A DNA stretch of 64,000 nt, taken from positions 3,936,001-4,000,000 of the forward strand of contig OZ245365.1 in the NCBI GenBank assembly GCA_965226495.1. The letters run 5' to 3'. A model generated the notes under the pieces. It saw only the letters and a program-made list of their open reading frames with translations, had not been told where the DNA came from and ran no database searches. Below, one piece after another: positions 9,925-20,264 of the stretch. The translations under genes were made by a program, and so were the position numbers. Source of the DNA: Candidatus Marinacidobacterales bacterium (GTDB lineage Bacteria > Acidobacteriota > Vicinamibacteria > Marinacidobacterales > DATDRI01). Numbering within the stretch: the first letter of the stretch is position 1; every line of letters begins with the position of its first letter.

Positions 9925-10704
9925 GTGACCAACCCTCGTCCCCTCCTTCTCGCCGCAACGTTAGCGCTTGGGCTCTCGGCTTGTAACGGTTCGGCATTGT
10001 CTCCGGTGGGCCCGGAAGAGGTTTCAACCGCCCCTACACCGAGCGGGCAAACCGATGCCAGCCCACCGGTCGCCCTTCAAACGCGAAAAGACATCCCCTT
10101 CGAGAGAATCCTTTGCTTCGGTGACAGCCTGACCTTCGGCATCACCTCACGCGGGATGCTGCAGCGCTTCACGCTCGAGCCGGTGGAGGGCTACGTGCCG
10201 AAGCTGCGCCAGCTCCTGAGACGGGAGTTCGACTCCACCGCTCAGGTCATCAACTCAGGTCGGGGAGGCGAGACGACGGATCGAGGCTTGCAACGCTTGA
10301 AAATCGAAATCCGCTCCCAGCGATTCGATTTGGTGCTGCTCTTGGAGGGAGTGGTCGACGTCAACAACCCCAACCCAAAGTTCGCTCAGGCACGCACCAA
10401 CCTGAAAGAGATGATGCGCGTCGTCAAAGGTCAAGGCATCCCGATCATCATCGGTACCGTACCCCCTCTCAACGACGATGGGTTCCGGATCCGGGGCATC
10501 GAGAACATCCCGAAGCTTAACGACATTATTCGCGAGGAAGCGAAGGCGGAAGGGGTTCCGGTTGCCGATCACGACCAGGCCGCCGGCACCAACCAGGGAC
10601 TCCAGGGGCCCGACGGGCTACACCCCAACGACGCGGGTTACGAAGTCATGGCGCAGACCTGGTTCGAAGAAATTCAGAACCTCATCGACGATATGTCGAC
10701 TTAA
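9925..10704 (+). CDS. SGNH/GDSL hydrolase lipoprotein
   Basis: Lipobox LSAC; FGDSLT; DGLHPN. Confidence 0.9.
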   Translation: MTNPRPLLLAATLALGLSACNGSALSPVGPEEVSTAPTPSGQTDASPPVALQTRKDIPFERILCFGDSLTFGITSRGMLQRFTLEPVEGYVPKLRQLLRREFDSTAQVINSGRGGETTDRGLQRLKIEIRSQRFDLVLLLEGVVDVNNPNPKFAQARTNLKEMMRVVKGQGIPIIIGTVPPLNDDGFRIRGIENIPKLNDIIREEAKAEGVPVADHDQAAGTNQGLQGPDGLHPNDAGYEVMAQTWFEEIQNLIDDMST

Positions 10705-12218
10705 TTTGTCCCGTCTACGAAAAGCCGCTGCGTGGGTTGAACCGCCAGCCGGGTAACCGTGGTCCGGTCTAAGAAAACAACCTTCACATCGTAGGTGGCG
10801 CCGGCCGGCACCCCAAAGTGGAGTATGGGCGAGTTCTGGGCGCAATATCCGGTAGCGCTCTGCGACTCACGAAAGCCCCTGAGGTGCTCCGGATCGTCGA
10901 GATGTCCTGCATCGTAAACGTACGCCTTCGCACCGAACGCTCCCGCCTCACCTTTCGGAGAACGAAGCTGTAGCTGCAGCCAATTGTCGTCGTTGAGCTG
11001 GTTGCGGAAAAGCGAATTGTGACCCCGCTTGCTCACGAGCGCGAGATCGAGATCCCCGTCGTTGTCGATGTCCACGAGGGAGACGGAGCGGGGGTTCGCA
11101 CCGATGCCTCCGATGCCCGGCGCCGAGACACGTTTGAAGACACCCTTCCCGTTATTCTCGTAGACGGCCTGGTTACCGCCGAAATAGATGTCGAGGTCGC
11201 CGTCGTGATCCAAATCTCCGAGACCGGCGGTGAAGTCGCCGCGGCCAAAGATCTGGGAGAACTCGAAAACACCGTCTCCCACGTTCAGGTAAAGCTTCGC
11301 GGTACCTTGTCCCACCACGAGAGCGTCGAGGTCGGCGTCGTTATCGACGTCGCCGAAGGCCCAGCCATTACCGGGAGTGTCCTCTTTGAACCGGATCCCG
11401 CTCTCCCGCGTCACATCGATGAACGTTCCATTGCCTCGGTTGCGATAAAGCGCAATCGGACCGTACGGCAGATCGAGGGCTTTCCATCCGGTCGACGCCA
11501 AATCGAGATCGCCGTCCCCATCAAAGTCGGTGAGCATGATTCCCTGGTTGGACAGCTCCGCACCGTCGATACCCAGTGTGTCCTTGCGCTCGAAACGAAA
11601 AGAGCCCCGGTTGATGTAGGCGATGTTCTTCTGTCCCGCCCAAGCACTCAGGACGATATCGGCGCGTCCGTCACCGTTGATATCCCCCGCCGCAACCCCG
11701 CGAGACTCGAGGTCGTCGATCCGAATGCCGGCACTCTCCGTGAGATCGACGAAGTTTCCACTGCCATCGTTCCGGTATAGGCGGCTGCGACCGGTCCACG
11801 TGTGGGCGTTGAAGAGGTCGTAATCGCCGTCGTTGTCGAAGTCCGCGAAAATCGCGGCATGGCTTTCCTCGCTGTTGCCATTGAAGAAGCCGTCATCTTC
11901 CACACCGGCCTCCAAGGCTTGCTCCTTGAAGCTCCCGTTGCCCTGATTGACGAAGAACAACTCCGGGCGGTCCTCTTTCGGATCGGCGATGTTGGTCACA
12001 TAGATCTCGGCAAACCCATCTCCGGTGGCATCGACCGCCTGTACGCCGTGACCCCCGAAGTTCCCCAAAGAGACGAAACCGGACTGGTTGGTGATATTGC
12101 CAAACTTGAACTTCGCCCTCTCACGGGCCGCCGCTCCCCCAGGACTGGACGTGGAGTATCCGACGACAAGCAGCGCCAGTAGAGACGCAAAAACCACGAC
12201 GATTTTCAATCGAAGCAT
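10701..12218 (-). CDS. CRTAC1-like FG-GAP/VCBS repeat protein with ASPIC/UnbV domain
   Basis: Repeated D(F/I)D(N/G)DGDxD motifs; C-terminal LHFGV; start chosen at signal peptide MLRLKIVV. Confidence 0.88.
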   Translation of the reverse strand: MLRLKIVVVFASLLALLVVGYSTSSPGGAAARERAKFKFGNITNQSGFVSLGNFGGHGVQAVDATGDGFAEIYVTNIADPKEDRPELFFVNQGNGSFKEQALEAGVEDDGFFNGNSEESHAAIFADFDNDGDYDLFNAHTWTGRSRLYRNDGSGNFVDLTESAGIRIDDLESRGVAAGDINGDGRADIVLSAWAGQKNIAYINRGSFRFERKDTLGIDGAELSNQGIMLTDFDGDGDLDLASTGWKALDLPYGPIALYRNRGNGTFIDVTRESGIRFKEDTPGNGWAFGDVDNDADLDALVVGQGTAKLYLNVGDGVFEFSQIFGRGDFTAGLGDLDHDGDLDIYFGGNQAVYENNGKGVFKRVSAPGIGGIGANPRSVSLVDIDNDGDLDLALVSKRGHNSLFRNQLNDDNWLQLQLRSPKGEAGAFGAKAYVYDAGHLDDPEHLRGFRESQSATGYCAQNSPILHFGVPAGATYDVKVVFLDRTTVTRLAVQPTQRLFVDGTN

Positions 12219-12327
12219 CAGGGAATTCCTTGACGATAAGGTTGTACCTTCCTTAATACATGAAACAGCGGGACTTGTCAAGATCCTGGGGCTTGCGGTC
12301 TTGCGGTCGGGCGCTCGTTCGGGGAAG

Positions 12328-14265
12328 ATGACGACGGTGACTAGAGCTATTGCGTGGCGATTGGGGTTGCTGATGTTGCTACTTATCTCCGCGGCCACGG
12401 CAATGGTTTGGATGACGAGCTCGGCCCCCGATTACCGCCTCGTCGAGCACTTCGAAGAATCCAATGCGACGATCCAAGGTGGTGTCTTCGCCTCGTTTGG
12501 CGGCGAACCGAGCCTCTTCGGGCCCGTCTCGTTCGACGCTGACACGCGCGTTTCTTTCACTCCCCCGATTCCATCCGAGCTCGATTTCGATGTCACGCTC
12601 CCTGCGGACCCGTTACTAGAGTTCGCGATCGGAATCCAAAGTGAACGCGAGGTCGGTCGAGCCAAGGTCGAAGTTGCGGTCAGCGTGGCGCACGAGAATG
12701 CGAGTCTGGTCGTTTACCGCGAAGTATTCCGCGCCTTCCAGCTCAACCGATGGTATCCACGTCGAGTCGACCTAACCGAGTGGTCGCGGAAAACTGTTCA
12801 GCTCCGGCTTGCCGTCACACCGGCGTTCGGCGCATCCGACCCGCCGTGGGCGGAACGGATCCGAGTCGCCTGGGGTAACCCGATCGTTGCCAGCCGACCG
12901 GAAGGGCACCGACGCCGGGCCAAAAAACAAACAGAGGATCGGCCTTCGATCGTGTTCATCCTGGTTGACACGTTGAGAGCCGACTATCTGGGATCTTACG
13001 GCTTCGAAGGAGACATTTCGCCGGGGCTCGATCGGCTGGCCGCCGAGTCCTTGCGCTTCGAGAATGCTTTTTCACAAGCGCCTTGGACCAAGCCCTCTAT
13101 CGCAACTCTTTTCACGTCTTTGTATCCGGAGGTTCACGGGCTCACGAACCACGAGGGACTCTTTTGGGGAAAAGGACGGCCAGGCATGAAAACGGGTGTA
13201 CTTCCGGATGAGGCGGTCACCCTCGCTGAGGTCTTACGGGAGAACGGCTATCGCACGGCGGCCTTCATGACGAATCCGATGTTGGCTCCCACCTACGGAT
13301 TTGATCAGGGGTTCGAGATCTATCAGGTTCACGAGATTCGAGACTTGAGCAATTTGGTCATGGACGCCGCGAACCGATGGGTCGACTCGATACCCGATGG
13401 CGAACCCTTCTTCGCTTATCTTCACTTCATGGACGTTCATGGTCCCTACGATTCTCCGGAAGAGGACTTCGAAGCGTTGAAGGACAGCCACAGCTTGGGT
13501 GACGATCGGGATTTGAGCGAGGATGAGTACGGCGCGATCTCGGACTACCTGAAGCGTGTTGGTTGGGCCGGCGAGCCCGAGGCGCGGAACGTCCGGACAT
13601 GGCGGGCGCGTTATGCGGCCGGCATTCGGGACTTCGACCGTCGATTCGCGTCTTTCGTCGACGCGCTCCGAGCCTCCGGACGACTCGACGAGGTTTACTT
13701 GGTTCTTACCTCGGATCACGGCGAAGAGCTCTTCGAACATCAAGGGTGGGACCACGGCCATACTTTATTTGCGCAACAGCTTCATGTCCCGCTTCTGATT
13801 CGGAGGCCAGGCGGCGAAGGAGCTCGCACGGCCACGAATGTCGTGAGCCTCATTGACTTGATGCCCACGCTGCTATCCATCGCACGAATCGAGCCACCCG
13901 CAGGCGTTCAGGGACGGGACTTCTCGGCGCTTCTCGACCCTCTTCTCGAAGACCGACACCAGGCCAGTAACGCTTCTCGCGCAACCGCCACCAGCGATCG
14001 GCCCGGCCTCCATGCCATTCGCACACCCGATTACAAGCTCATCATGGATATCGATACCGGGGAAACTTGGCTCTTCGATGCCGGGGGGGACCCCAGTGAG
14101 CGACAAAATCTCTCCGCCGCTCGGCCGGAGGTCGTCGAGGAGCTGCGCGATCGCCTGTTGGCCCGGATCGCCGAATCCACCGTCGAGGGAGCCCTCGGCA
14201 AGCGACTCGCTCCCATTCCGGACGAGCTTGTCGAGCAGCTTCGAACGTTAGGGTACGTACAGTAG
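12328..14265 (+). CDS. Sulfatase-like (alkaline phosphatase superfamily) protein with N-terminal anchor and beta domain
   Basis: ILVDTLRADYL, APWTKPS, HFMDVHGPY, SDHGEEL, LRTLGY. Confidence 0.88.
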   Translation: MTTVTRAIAWRLGLLMLLLISAATAMVWMTSSAPDYRLVEHFEESNATIQGGVFASFGGEPSLFGPVSFDADTRVSFTPPIPSELDFDVTLPADPLLEFAIGIQSEREVGRAKVEVAVSVAHENASLVVYREVFRAFQLNRWYPRRVDLTEWSRKTVQLRLAVTPAFGASDPPWAERIRVAWGNPIVASRPEGHRRRAKKQTEDRPSIVFILVDTLRADYLGSYGFEGDISPGLDRLAAESLRFENAFSQAPWTKPSIATLFTSLYPEVHGLTNHEGLFWGKGRPGMKTGVLPDEAVTLAEVLRENGYRTAAFMTNPMLAPTYGFDQGFEIYQVHEIRDLSNLVMDAANRWVDSIPDGEPFFAYLHFMDVHGPYDSPEEDFEALKDSHSLGDDRDLSEDEYGAISDYLKRVGWAGEPEARNVRTWRARYAAGIRDFDRRFASFVDALRASGRLDEVYLVLTSDHGEELFEHQGWDHGHTLFAQQLHVPLLIRRPGGEGARTATNVVSLIDLMPTLLSIARIEPPAGVQGRDFSALLDPLLEDRHQASNASRATATSDRPGLHAIRTPDYKLIMDIDTGETWLFDAGGDPSERQNLSAARPEVVEELRDRLLARIAESTVEGALGKRLAPIPDELVEQLRTLGYVQ

Positions 14266-14343
14266 GCGGGTACGTGAAGTAGGGCCTGATGAGGCCTGAA
14301 GAAGATTGATGACTGCGGTGCCGCGCACGGCAACACACGCGGG

Positions 14344-14676
14344 CTACGAGGCTGTGAACGGCCTCGGACGATTCTTGTTGGTTTTCGGGGCGTGAGCGGT
14401 CTTGTACTCGGCGAGCTCGGTTTCCGTGACAGTCATGTGCGACGAAGGGAATCCATCGCCACTCGCGTCGAGCTCACGCTTCAGTTTAAGAAAACAGATT
14501 TCCGGAGCGTCTTGATAGCGCACGCGGTGTGCGAGAAATGCCTTGTTCGAGATGGCCACTGTAAACACCCGGGGCTCGCCATCAGGCCGCATTACTTGAA
14601 GTTGGTACTCGCGGGTCCTCTCATTGACCGTGAAGCCAACATACTCTGCTCTGGGCTCGTTCGACATAGGTCTCAA
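14344..14676 (-). CDS. Hypothetical protein
   Basis: Coding-like 110-aa ORF with RBS (GGAGGA); YVGF...VRYQDAPEIC. Confidence 0.65.
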   Translation of the reverse strand: MRPMSNEPRAEYVGFTVNERTREYQLQVMRPDGEPRVFTVAISNKAFLAHRVRYQDAPEICFLKLKRELDASGDGFPSSHMTVTETELAEYKTAHAPKTNKNRPRPFTAS

Positions 14677-14889
14677 TCCTCCCGCAAGCGCGTGAAGGGG
14701 GCAGGGAGACCCCGGCGCGAACTCACTACATATATCTTACCATGAATCGGCGTCCTGCCGCCGAGGATAGCGGCACCCAAAGCCTACTGGACGTCCTGAA
14801 AGGATCTAAAAGGCGTCCTGCCGTCGTCGTCCTGACGTTAACGGCACCCGCCGCCTGCTAGCCCGATACTGGCAACCGGGTATTTTGGC

Positions 14890-15900
14890 GGCTAGCACGG
14901 ACTAAATGACGCCCACTGGACGCCCAGCAAAAATATAGAGCGACGATGGCAAAAATATGTCGAGCAGCTGCGACACAGGTTGTGTGCGAGCACGTTCAAC
15001 TGTTGCCAGGCGCTATTGGCGGCATAGCTTTTAGTGGGCACGACGTCGAGAGCGAACTGGCTGCGCAATTCGGCGAAGGTTTTCTCTTGGCCGCCTCGCC
15101 CAGCAGCGAAGTACCAAAGGCGTTGGACGGTGAGCGATTTGTTGGTGGCGACGGCTGAGTACTCGAAGTAGCCGTCGTCTGGAGAAAACAGGTCGAGCTG
15201 GAAGTTCTTCGCCGTTCGATGTCGCTTCCGATAGATCGCGATCCGGACGGTGATATTCTCGATGAAGTGTTTGATGGAGTCGTCACTCACGCGGTGCCAT
15301 CGCTTGCGCCCAGCGACGACCTCCTTTAGGCCGAGCCACGGCCAGAACGGAGCCTTAGCGAATAAGAATCTTTTCGTTGAAAAACGCGGCGTCCGTGCGG
15401 AATTCCAGCTTTCGGGACCGACCGAACGCCTATCAGTTCCCGTAGAAACGCATCGGCACCCTTGGAGTCCAGGACGCAGGTGAGCGAACAAAGGGTAGTA
15501 ACTTTTATTCTTCTTGCGATGAGGATTGAATCCTCGAAACGCCCATCCAACCTGATTGCCTGCTGAACCACGGGCCGTCCATATCTACCGTCAGACGGTT
15601 CAGGCTCGATGGTCGAAAGATCGAGATCCTCGTCGACCGAGTGTGACCCCGCGACCCACCGAATGTCGGCTTAGCTCAACGCGGCGCAAATATCGTGAAA
15701 ACAGTTCCAGTCCACCAAACGAGCTCAGGTTCTGCCCAGCGCACTATAGGGGCCTCTGGTCGTTTGGTGTTTTGTTTGGAAGCAACGATAAACCCAGAGG
15801 CTCCTTTGTCAATACTTTCGCGCTACTTTGCTCTCTTTTTTTTGCGATTAGGGCTAAATGACGCCCACTGGACGCCCAGCAAAAATATAGAGCGACCCAT
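14890..15900 (-). mobile_element. Degraded or garbled IS1380-family element
   Basis: Transposase fragments LSSFGGLELFSRYLRR (~15680-15730) and QLDLFSPDDGYFEYSAVATNK...GRGGQEKTFAEL...ANSAWQQLNVLAHNL; 43-bp direct repeat near both ends. Confidence 0.75.
14902..14944. repeat. 43-bp exact direct repeat (copy 2 at 15854-15896)
   Basis: ctaaatgacgcccactggacgcccagcaaaaatatagagcgac occurs twice. Confidence 0.95.
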
Positions 15901-15914
15901 CGGGGCTATCGTGT

Positions 15915-17186
15915 CTATCGTGTCAGGCGATAGATAAAGACCGCCGCACGCTGGGCCGCGATAGGGATGGTCGAAAGATCGAGATCCTCGTCGACCGAGT
16001 GTGACCCCGCACCCACCGGTCCCAACCCAGCGAGGGAATCTATGATCGGAGCCACGAAAGAAATGTCAGCGGCGCCGCGGGAGCCCGGATCGATCGGTGT
16101 GATCGCCCCCAGGCCTAAATCGCGGCTGGCCAGTCCGAACGCTTGTAGCAGATCGTAGTTCCCCTTTGTCGGCGACATTGCGGGGTAATCGTCCTCACCG
16201 AAGTGAATCTTTGCGGAAGTCCCAGATAGGCTCTGGGACACAATCTCCCGCATTCTGGTCTGCGCCTTTTTCTTCTGCTTTTCCGAAATGAAACGTAGCC
16301 CTCCCTGAACGATCACCGTTTGTGCAATGACGTTCGACTTTCCGAAGGCAGTCCCCTTCTCGGTCTCCGGATCGAACTCCACGGCGGTGCCGCCGGCGAT
16401 CACTCCAGGATTGAACGTGAGATATTGCTCGCCGCCGAGCTCCTCGCGGAAAGCGTTCAGAATCCGAGCCGCTTCGAAGATGGCGCCGTCTCCGAAGGCA
16501 GGACTGAAGATTCGGGAGGAATGGCCTCGCTTTCCGGCGACTTCGAGCCTCCACATGCTGGCTCCTCGTCGTGCCACCGTTGCATTTTTTCTACCCACGC
16601 CTCCCTCGAACCCGAGGCCTATGTCGCTTCGCTTGGCAGCCTCGATCAGATCGCGGCGAACGACGCCAATCGGTCTTCCGGGCTTTTCTTCATCACCGAT
16701 CAACGCCACGGTGATGCTCGTGTCGTCGAGCGCCCCCACGTGATGGAGAGCTTTGAGGGCATAAAGCATCACCACGTCGCCGCCCTTCATGTCCGCGACA
16801 CCCGGCCCCTTTAGGCTCTCGCCCACTCTTCGCGTGCTTTGGAACGGGCTGTCTTGCTCGAAAACCGTATCCAAGTGACCGATCAAGAGGAGTCGTTTTC
16901 CCCGGCTGCCTTTTCGTTCCGCGAAGAGATGTCCGGCACGTCCGACTTCTTCCGGCATCGAGATCCATCGTGTCTTGAAACCGAGAGCGTCGAGCTCGGT
17001 TCGAAAGACGTCTCCGACTTCCTGGACGCCGTCAGGATTAAGCGTGCCACTATTGATGTTGGCGACCCGTTCGAGGAGGGCGACCGCGTCGCTGTTCTGC
17101 GCCTCGACATATTCCTGGATTTTTTTTTCTGTAGGCGACAACTCTACGGTGGAAGCCAGGAACAGAACAAGGGGCGCCAGCGTCAC
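15915..17186 (-). CDS. M20/M25/M40 metallopeptidase (carboxypeptidase G2-like), exported
   Basis: GHLDTVF, GPGVADMKGG, GDEE, GAADIS; GTG start overlaps upstream TAG. Confidence 0.9.
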   Translation of the reverse strand: MTLAPLVLFLASTVELSPTEKKIQEYVEAQNSDAVALLERVANINSGTLNPDGVQEVGDVFRTELDALGFKTRWISMPEEVGRAGHLFAERKGSRGKRLLLIGHLDTVFEQDSPFQSTRRVGESLKGPGVADMKGGDVVMLYALKALHHVGALDDTSITVALIGDEEKPGRPIGVVRRDLIEAAKRSDIGLGFEGGVGRKNATVARRGASMWRLEVAGKRGHSSRIFSPAFGDGAIFEAARILNAFREELGGEQYLTFNPGVIAGGTAVEFDPETEKGTAFGKSNVIAQTVIVQGGLRFISEKQKKKAQTRMREIVSQSLSGTSAKIHFGEDDYPAMSPTKGNYDLLQAFGLASRDLGLGAITPIDPGSRGAADISFVAPIIDSLAGLGPVGAGSHSVDEDLDLSTIPIAAQRAAVFIYRLTR

Positions 17187-17665
17187 TAGTAAGTCCTCCG
17201 GAGAGGTGATTTCCCCCAGAACTCCATCAGCTCGCGGCACTCTTCACGCAAGATCCCTCCCGTCGACTGAACGCCGCTTCCTCCGAGACGTGCCAGGGTC
17301 CGGTTCGAGATTACGAGCTCGTTGAATCCCAACCGCTTGGCCTCGCGAACGGTGGTGCCGAAGTAAATGTGTTTGATCTGAGCCCAATTGATCGCCGCGA
17401 AACACATCACGCAAGGCTCGTTCGTGGAGTAAAGCACGCATCCCTTGAAATGAGGCGAGTCCATTTTCTTGGCGGCCCGACTGATGGCACAGACCTCCGC
17501 ATGCCGCGACGGGTCGTTGCTCTTGAGCACCTCGTTGTGCCCGGTAGCGATAATCTTACCCTTGAAGACAATGCACGAACCGAACGGCCCTCCGTGTCCT
17601 TTCTTGACACCACGGTAGGCTTCCGCCAAAGCAATCTCCATGAAAGGTCGGTGTTTGTCGGCCAT
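17186..17665 (-). CDS. Nucleoside deaminase (GuaD-like, cytidine deaminase fold)
   Basis: GGPFG, HAE, EPCVMC zinc motifs. Confidence 0.88.
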   Translation of the reverse strand: MADKHRPFMEIALAEAYRGVKKGHGGPFGSCIVFKGKIIATGHNEVLKSNDPSRHAEVCAISRAAKKMDSPHFKGCVLYSTNEPCVMCFAAINWAQIKHIYFGTTVREAKRLGFNELVISNRTLARLGGSGVQSTGGILREECRELMEFWGKSPLRRTY

Positions 17666-17796
17666 TGAAAGACCCCCTCTCGAGCCCGGGGATTATACTC
17701 CACCACCCACTTACTCACCGCCTCGGCCTGTATTGCAACAGGTTTAGGTGCTGCGAGAAGATGGGGTGTTAGAACGGCTGGCAAGGAGACTTACAA

Positions 17797-18127
17797 ATGA
17801 AGCGCCTTCTCCACCTAGGAATGATCCCGGTTTTTCTTGTCTTATCGACCGGGTCGCCGCTCCACGCCGAAAAACATCCGTTTTTCGTTTTCCGATCTAT
17901 CTCGGCTCAAGATGGTCGGCGATCCTCAAGTCTCGCCGGACGGCATCACCCAAGCAGAGGAGATGTTCATCGCCCTCAAGCAGCGGGGCGTGGACACCGT
18001 GATGGTGCGCTATCCCGGCGAGGGACACGGGATCCGCCAACCCAAGCACATTGTGGATATGCACCGCCGCGTGCTGAATTGGTTCGACCACTACGTCAAG
18101 GGCGAGGGCACGACCTCCTCGCGTTAG
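17797..18127 (+). pseudogene. S9 peptidase remnant with frameshift and large internal deletion
   Basis: Signal peptide + SDLSRLKMVGDPQVSPDG fused directly to ITQAEEMFIALK...RYPGEGHG...WFDHY. Confidence 0.82.
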
Positions 18128-18183
18128 CAGCCGACTATTCTTGGGCCGACGACGCCAAAGTGTGCTTCGCGTCAGCGCTCGAT

Positions 18184-18220
18184 CTCACCCTCTCCCCTTC
18201 GAGGAGAGGGATGGGGTGAG
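18184..18220. repeat. REP-like palindrome (CCCTCTCCC/GGAGAGGG type)
   Basis: ctcaccctctccccttcgaggagagggatggggtgag. Confidence 0.6.
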
Positions 18221-18290
18221 GAGTGCCGTGCAGTAGATGCAGAGATGGTTCTGCTATTCTAGCGGGAGCCACCAATGAGGAGGACAAGAA

Positions 18291-20237
18291 ATGGCAACTC
18301 GCCGAATCTCAGGGCTCCCCTGGCCCAGAGCAGTTAGACTGAGTCCACTCTTCACGGCACCCGCGGCGCTTTTGTTCTTGAGCCCCATCATCGGAGCGGA
18401 GGAATCGAAGGGAGAGGTCGACGAAAACCTCTTCTTCGAGGACCGGGACAAGATTCCGCTGCAGTACCGCTGGGATCTCGATGCCATCTTTCCCAATCGA
18501 GAAGCGTGGGAGGCGACGCGCAAGGACGTCGAGGAGGCGCTACCCGGTCTCGGCACCTACCGCGGTCGCCTGGCAGACTCGCCCGAGATCTTGGCCGAGG
18601 CACTTCAAACGAAGTTCGATCTCGAGCGTCGTTTCGAAGACGTCTTCGTCTACGCTTTTCAGCGCTTTTACGCCGATACCGAGGACGCGACCGCCAAAGA
18701 GTTATCCGGTCAGGCGCAATCGCTCGCGAGCAAGGCCCAGGAAGCGACGTCTTTCTTCGAGCCCGAGATCGCTCAGCTCCCCTCGGATCGCCTTGCGGAG
18801 TTCTTGAAAGCCGACGGCGTCAAGCCCTTCACCCACTTCATCAATAACATCGTGCGGACCAAGGCCCATATCCGCAGCGCCGAAATCGAAGGAATCCTTG
18901 CCGGCAGCTCGCTTCCCGGTGCCGCCCACCAGCAGGCGTTCACGAGTCTCGAAAACTCCGACATCGAGTGGCCGACGATCAAGGGCGAAGACGGGAAAGA
19001 GCAAAAGGTCGTCCCCGGCCAGTACATTCAGTTTGTGATGAGCTCGGATCGCCGCGTCCGCCGCGAGGGTTCCTTGGCCCTCTTCGGCGTCTACGACCAG
19101 TTCGCGAACACGTTAGCCTCGACTCTGGGCGGTAGCATCCAGCGCGACGCTTGGTTGGCTCGCACGCGGGGCTACGACTCGAGCCTCGAGATGGCGCTCG
19201 ACTCCACGAACGTGCCGCGTAGCGTGGTAGACACTCTCGTCGAGACCGTGCACGACAACATCGCTCAAGTCCACGGTTACGCCGCGCTGCGTAAGCGGAT
19301 GCTCGGTCTGGACGAGCTTCACGTCTACGACATGTACGTCAATCTCCTGCCGGGCCTCGATCGGACGTACACGTTCGAGGAGGGCTGGACTCTAGCCATG
19401 GAGTTCTGGAGCGAGACGTTTGGTGAAGAATACGCCCAAGCGGCGGAACGAGCGCGCAAAGAACGATGGGTCGACGTGTACACGAACCAGGGTAAGCGCC
19501 CGGGTGCTTTCGCATGGGGCACCTACAACTCACATCCGTACTTGTTCCTCAATTGGAACGGAAAGCTGGATGCGGTATCTACGCTGGTACACGAAATGGG
19601 TCACGCGATCCACAAGTACCTCACCGACGGGACTCAGCCCTATCACGCATCCAGCTATAGCCTTTTCGTTGCCGAGGTGGCTTCCGTGGCAAGCGAGTCA
19701 CTCTTTCTCGAATGGTTTCTGAAGAGAAGTGAAGATCCCGTGGAGCGCAAGCTTCTGCTAAACCAGGCGATGAACAGTATCACCGGTACGTTTCTTCGCC
19801 AAATCTTCTTCCATGAATGGGAGGCCGCCGCCCACGCTATGGCGGAGCGCGGCGAGCCCCTGACGAAAGAGTCTTTGGGCAAACTCTACCGAGATCTCTG
19901 GCAAACATACTACGGGCCCGATCTCACTGCGGACGACGTTTATCAATCCGGCTGGGCCCGCGTGAGCCACTTCTATCGAACCTTCTATGTCTGGGTCTAT
20001 GCCACGAGTTTCGCCGCCGGGGAAGCAATTGCGAAGCGCTTTCGTGACGGCGACGAGACGGCTGTTCAAGACTATCTGGCGATGCTCAAGCTGGGGGGCT
20101 CGGTCTATCCGATGGACGCCGTCAAGAGGGCCGGGGTCGACATGAACGACCCTCGAGTCATCCGCGCGGTCATGGTACGTTACGGCGAGCTGCAGAAGCG
20201 TCTCGACAAAGAGTTAGTAGGCGAAAACGAACGCTAA
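18291..20237 (+). CDS. pepF: Oligoendopeptidase F (M3B)
   Basis: YRWDL, GKRPGAF, HEMGH, VAEVAS, HFY..FYVWVYAT. Confidence 0.92.
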   Translation: MATRRISGLPWPRAVRLSPLFTAPAALLFLSPIIGAEESKGEVDENLFFEDRDKIPLQYRWDLDAIFPNREAWEATRKDVEEALPGLGTYRGRLADSPEILAEALQTKFDLERRFEDVFVYAFQRFYADTEDATAKELSGQAQSLASKAQEATSFFEPEIAQLPSDRLAEFLKADGVKPFTHFINNIVRTKAHIRSAEIEGILAGSSLPGAAHQQAFTSLENSDIEWPTIKGEDGKEQKVVPGQYIQFVMSSDRRVRREGSLALFGVYDQFANTLASTLGGSIQRDAWLARTRGYDSSLEMALDSTNVPRSVVDTLVETVHDNIAQVHGYAALRKRMLGLDELHVYDMYVNLLPGLDRTYTFEEGWTLAMEFWSETFGEEYAQAAERARKERWVDVYTNQGKRPGAFAWGTYNSHPYLFLNWNGKLDAVSTLVHEMGHAIHKYLTDGTQPYHASSYSLFVAEVASVASESLFLEWFLKRSEDPVERKLLLNQAMNSITGTFLRQIFFHEWEAAAHAMAERGEPLTKESLGKLYRDLWQTYYGPDLTADDVYQSGWARVSHFYRTFYVWVYATSFAAGEAIAKRFRDGDETAVQDYLAMLKLGGSVYPMDAVKRAGVDMNDPRVIRAVMVRYGELQKRLDKELVGENER

Positions 20238-20264
20238 GGCTTGACGACCCAGCAAGCCGCCGTC

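Noticed and set aside
14283-14320. CTGATGAG hammerhead ribozyme-like core
   Set aside because: No stem II closing into GAAA and no cleavage-site stems
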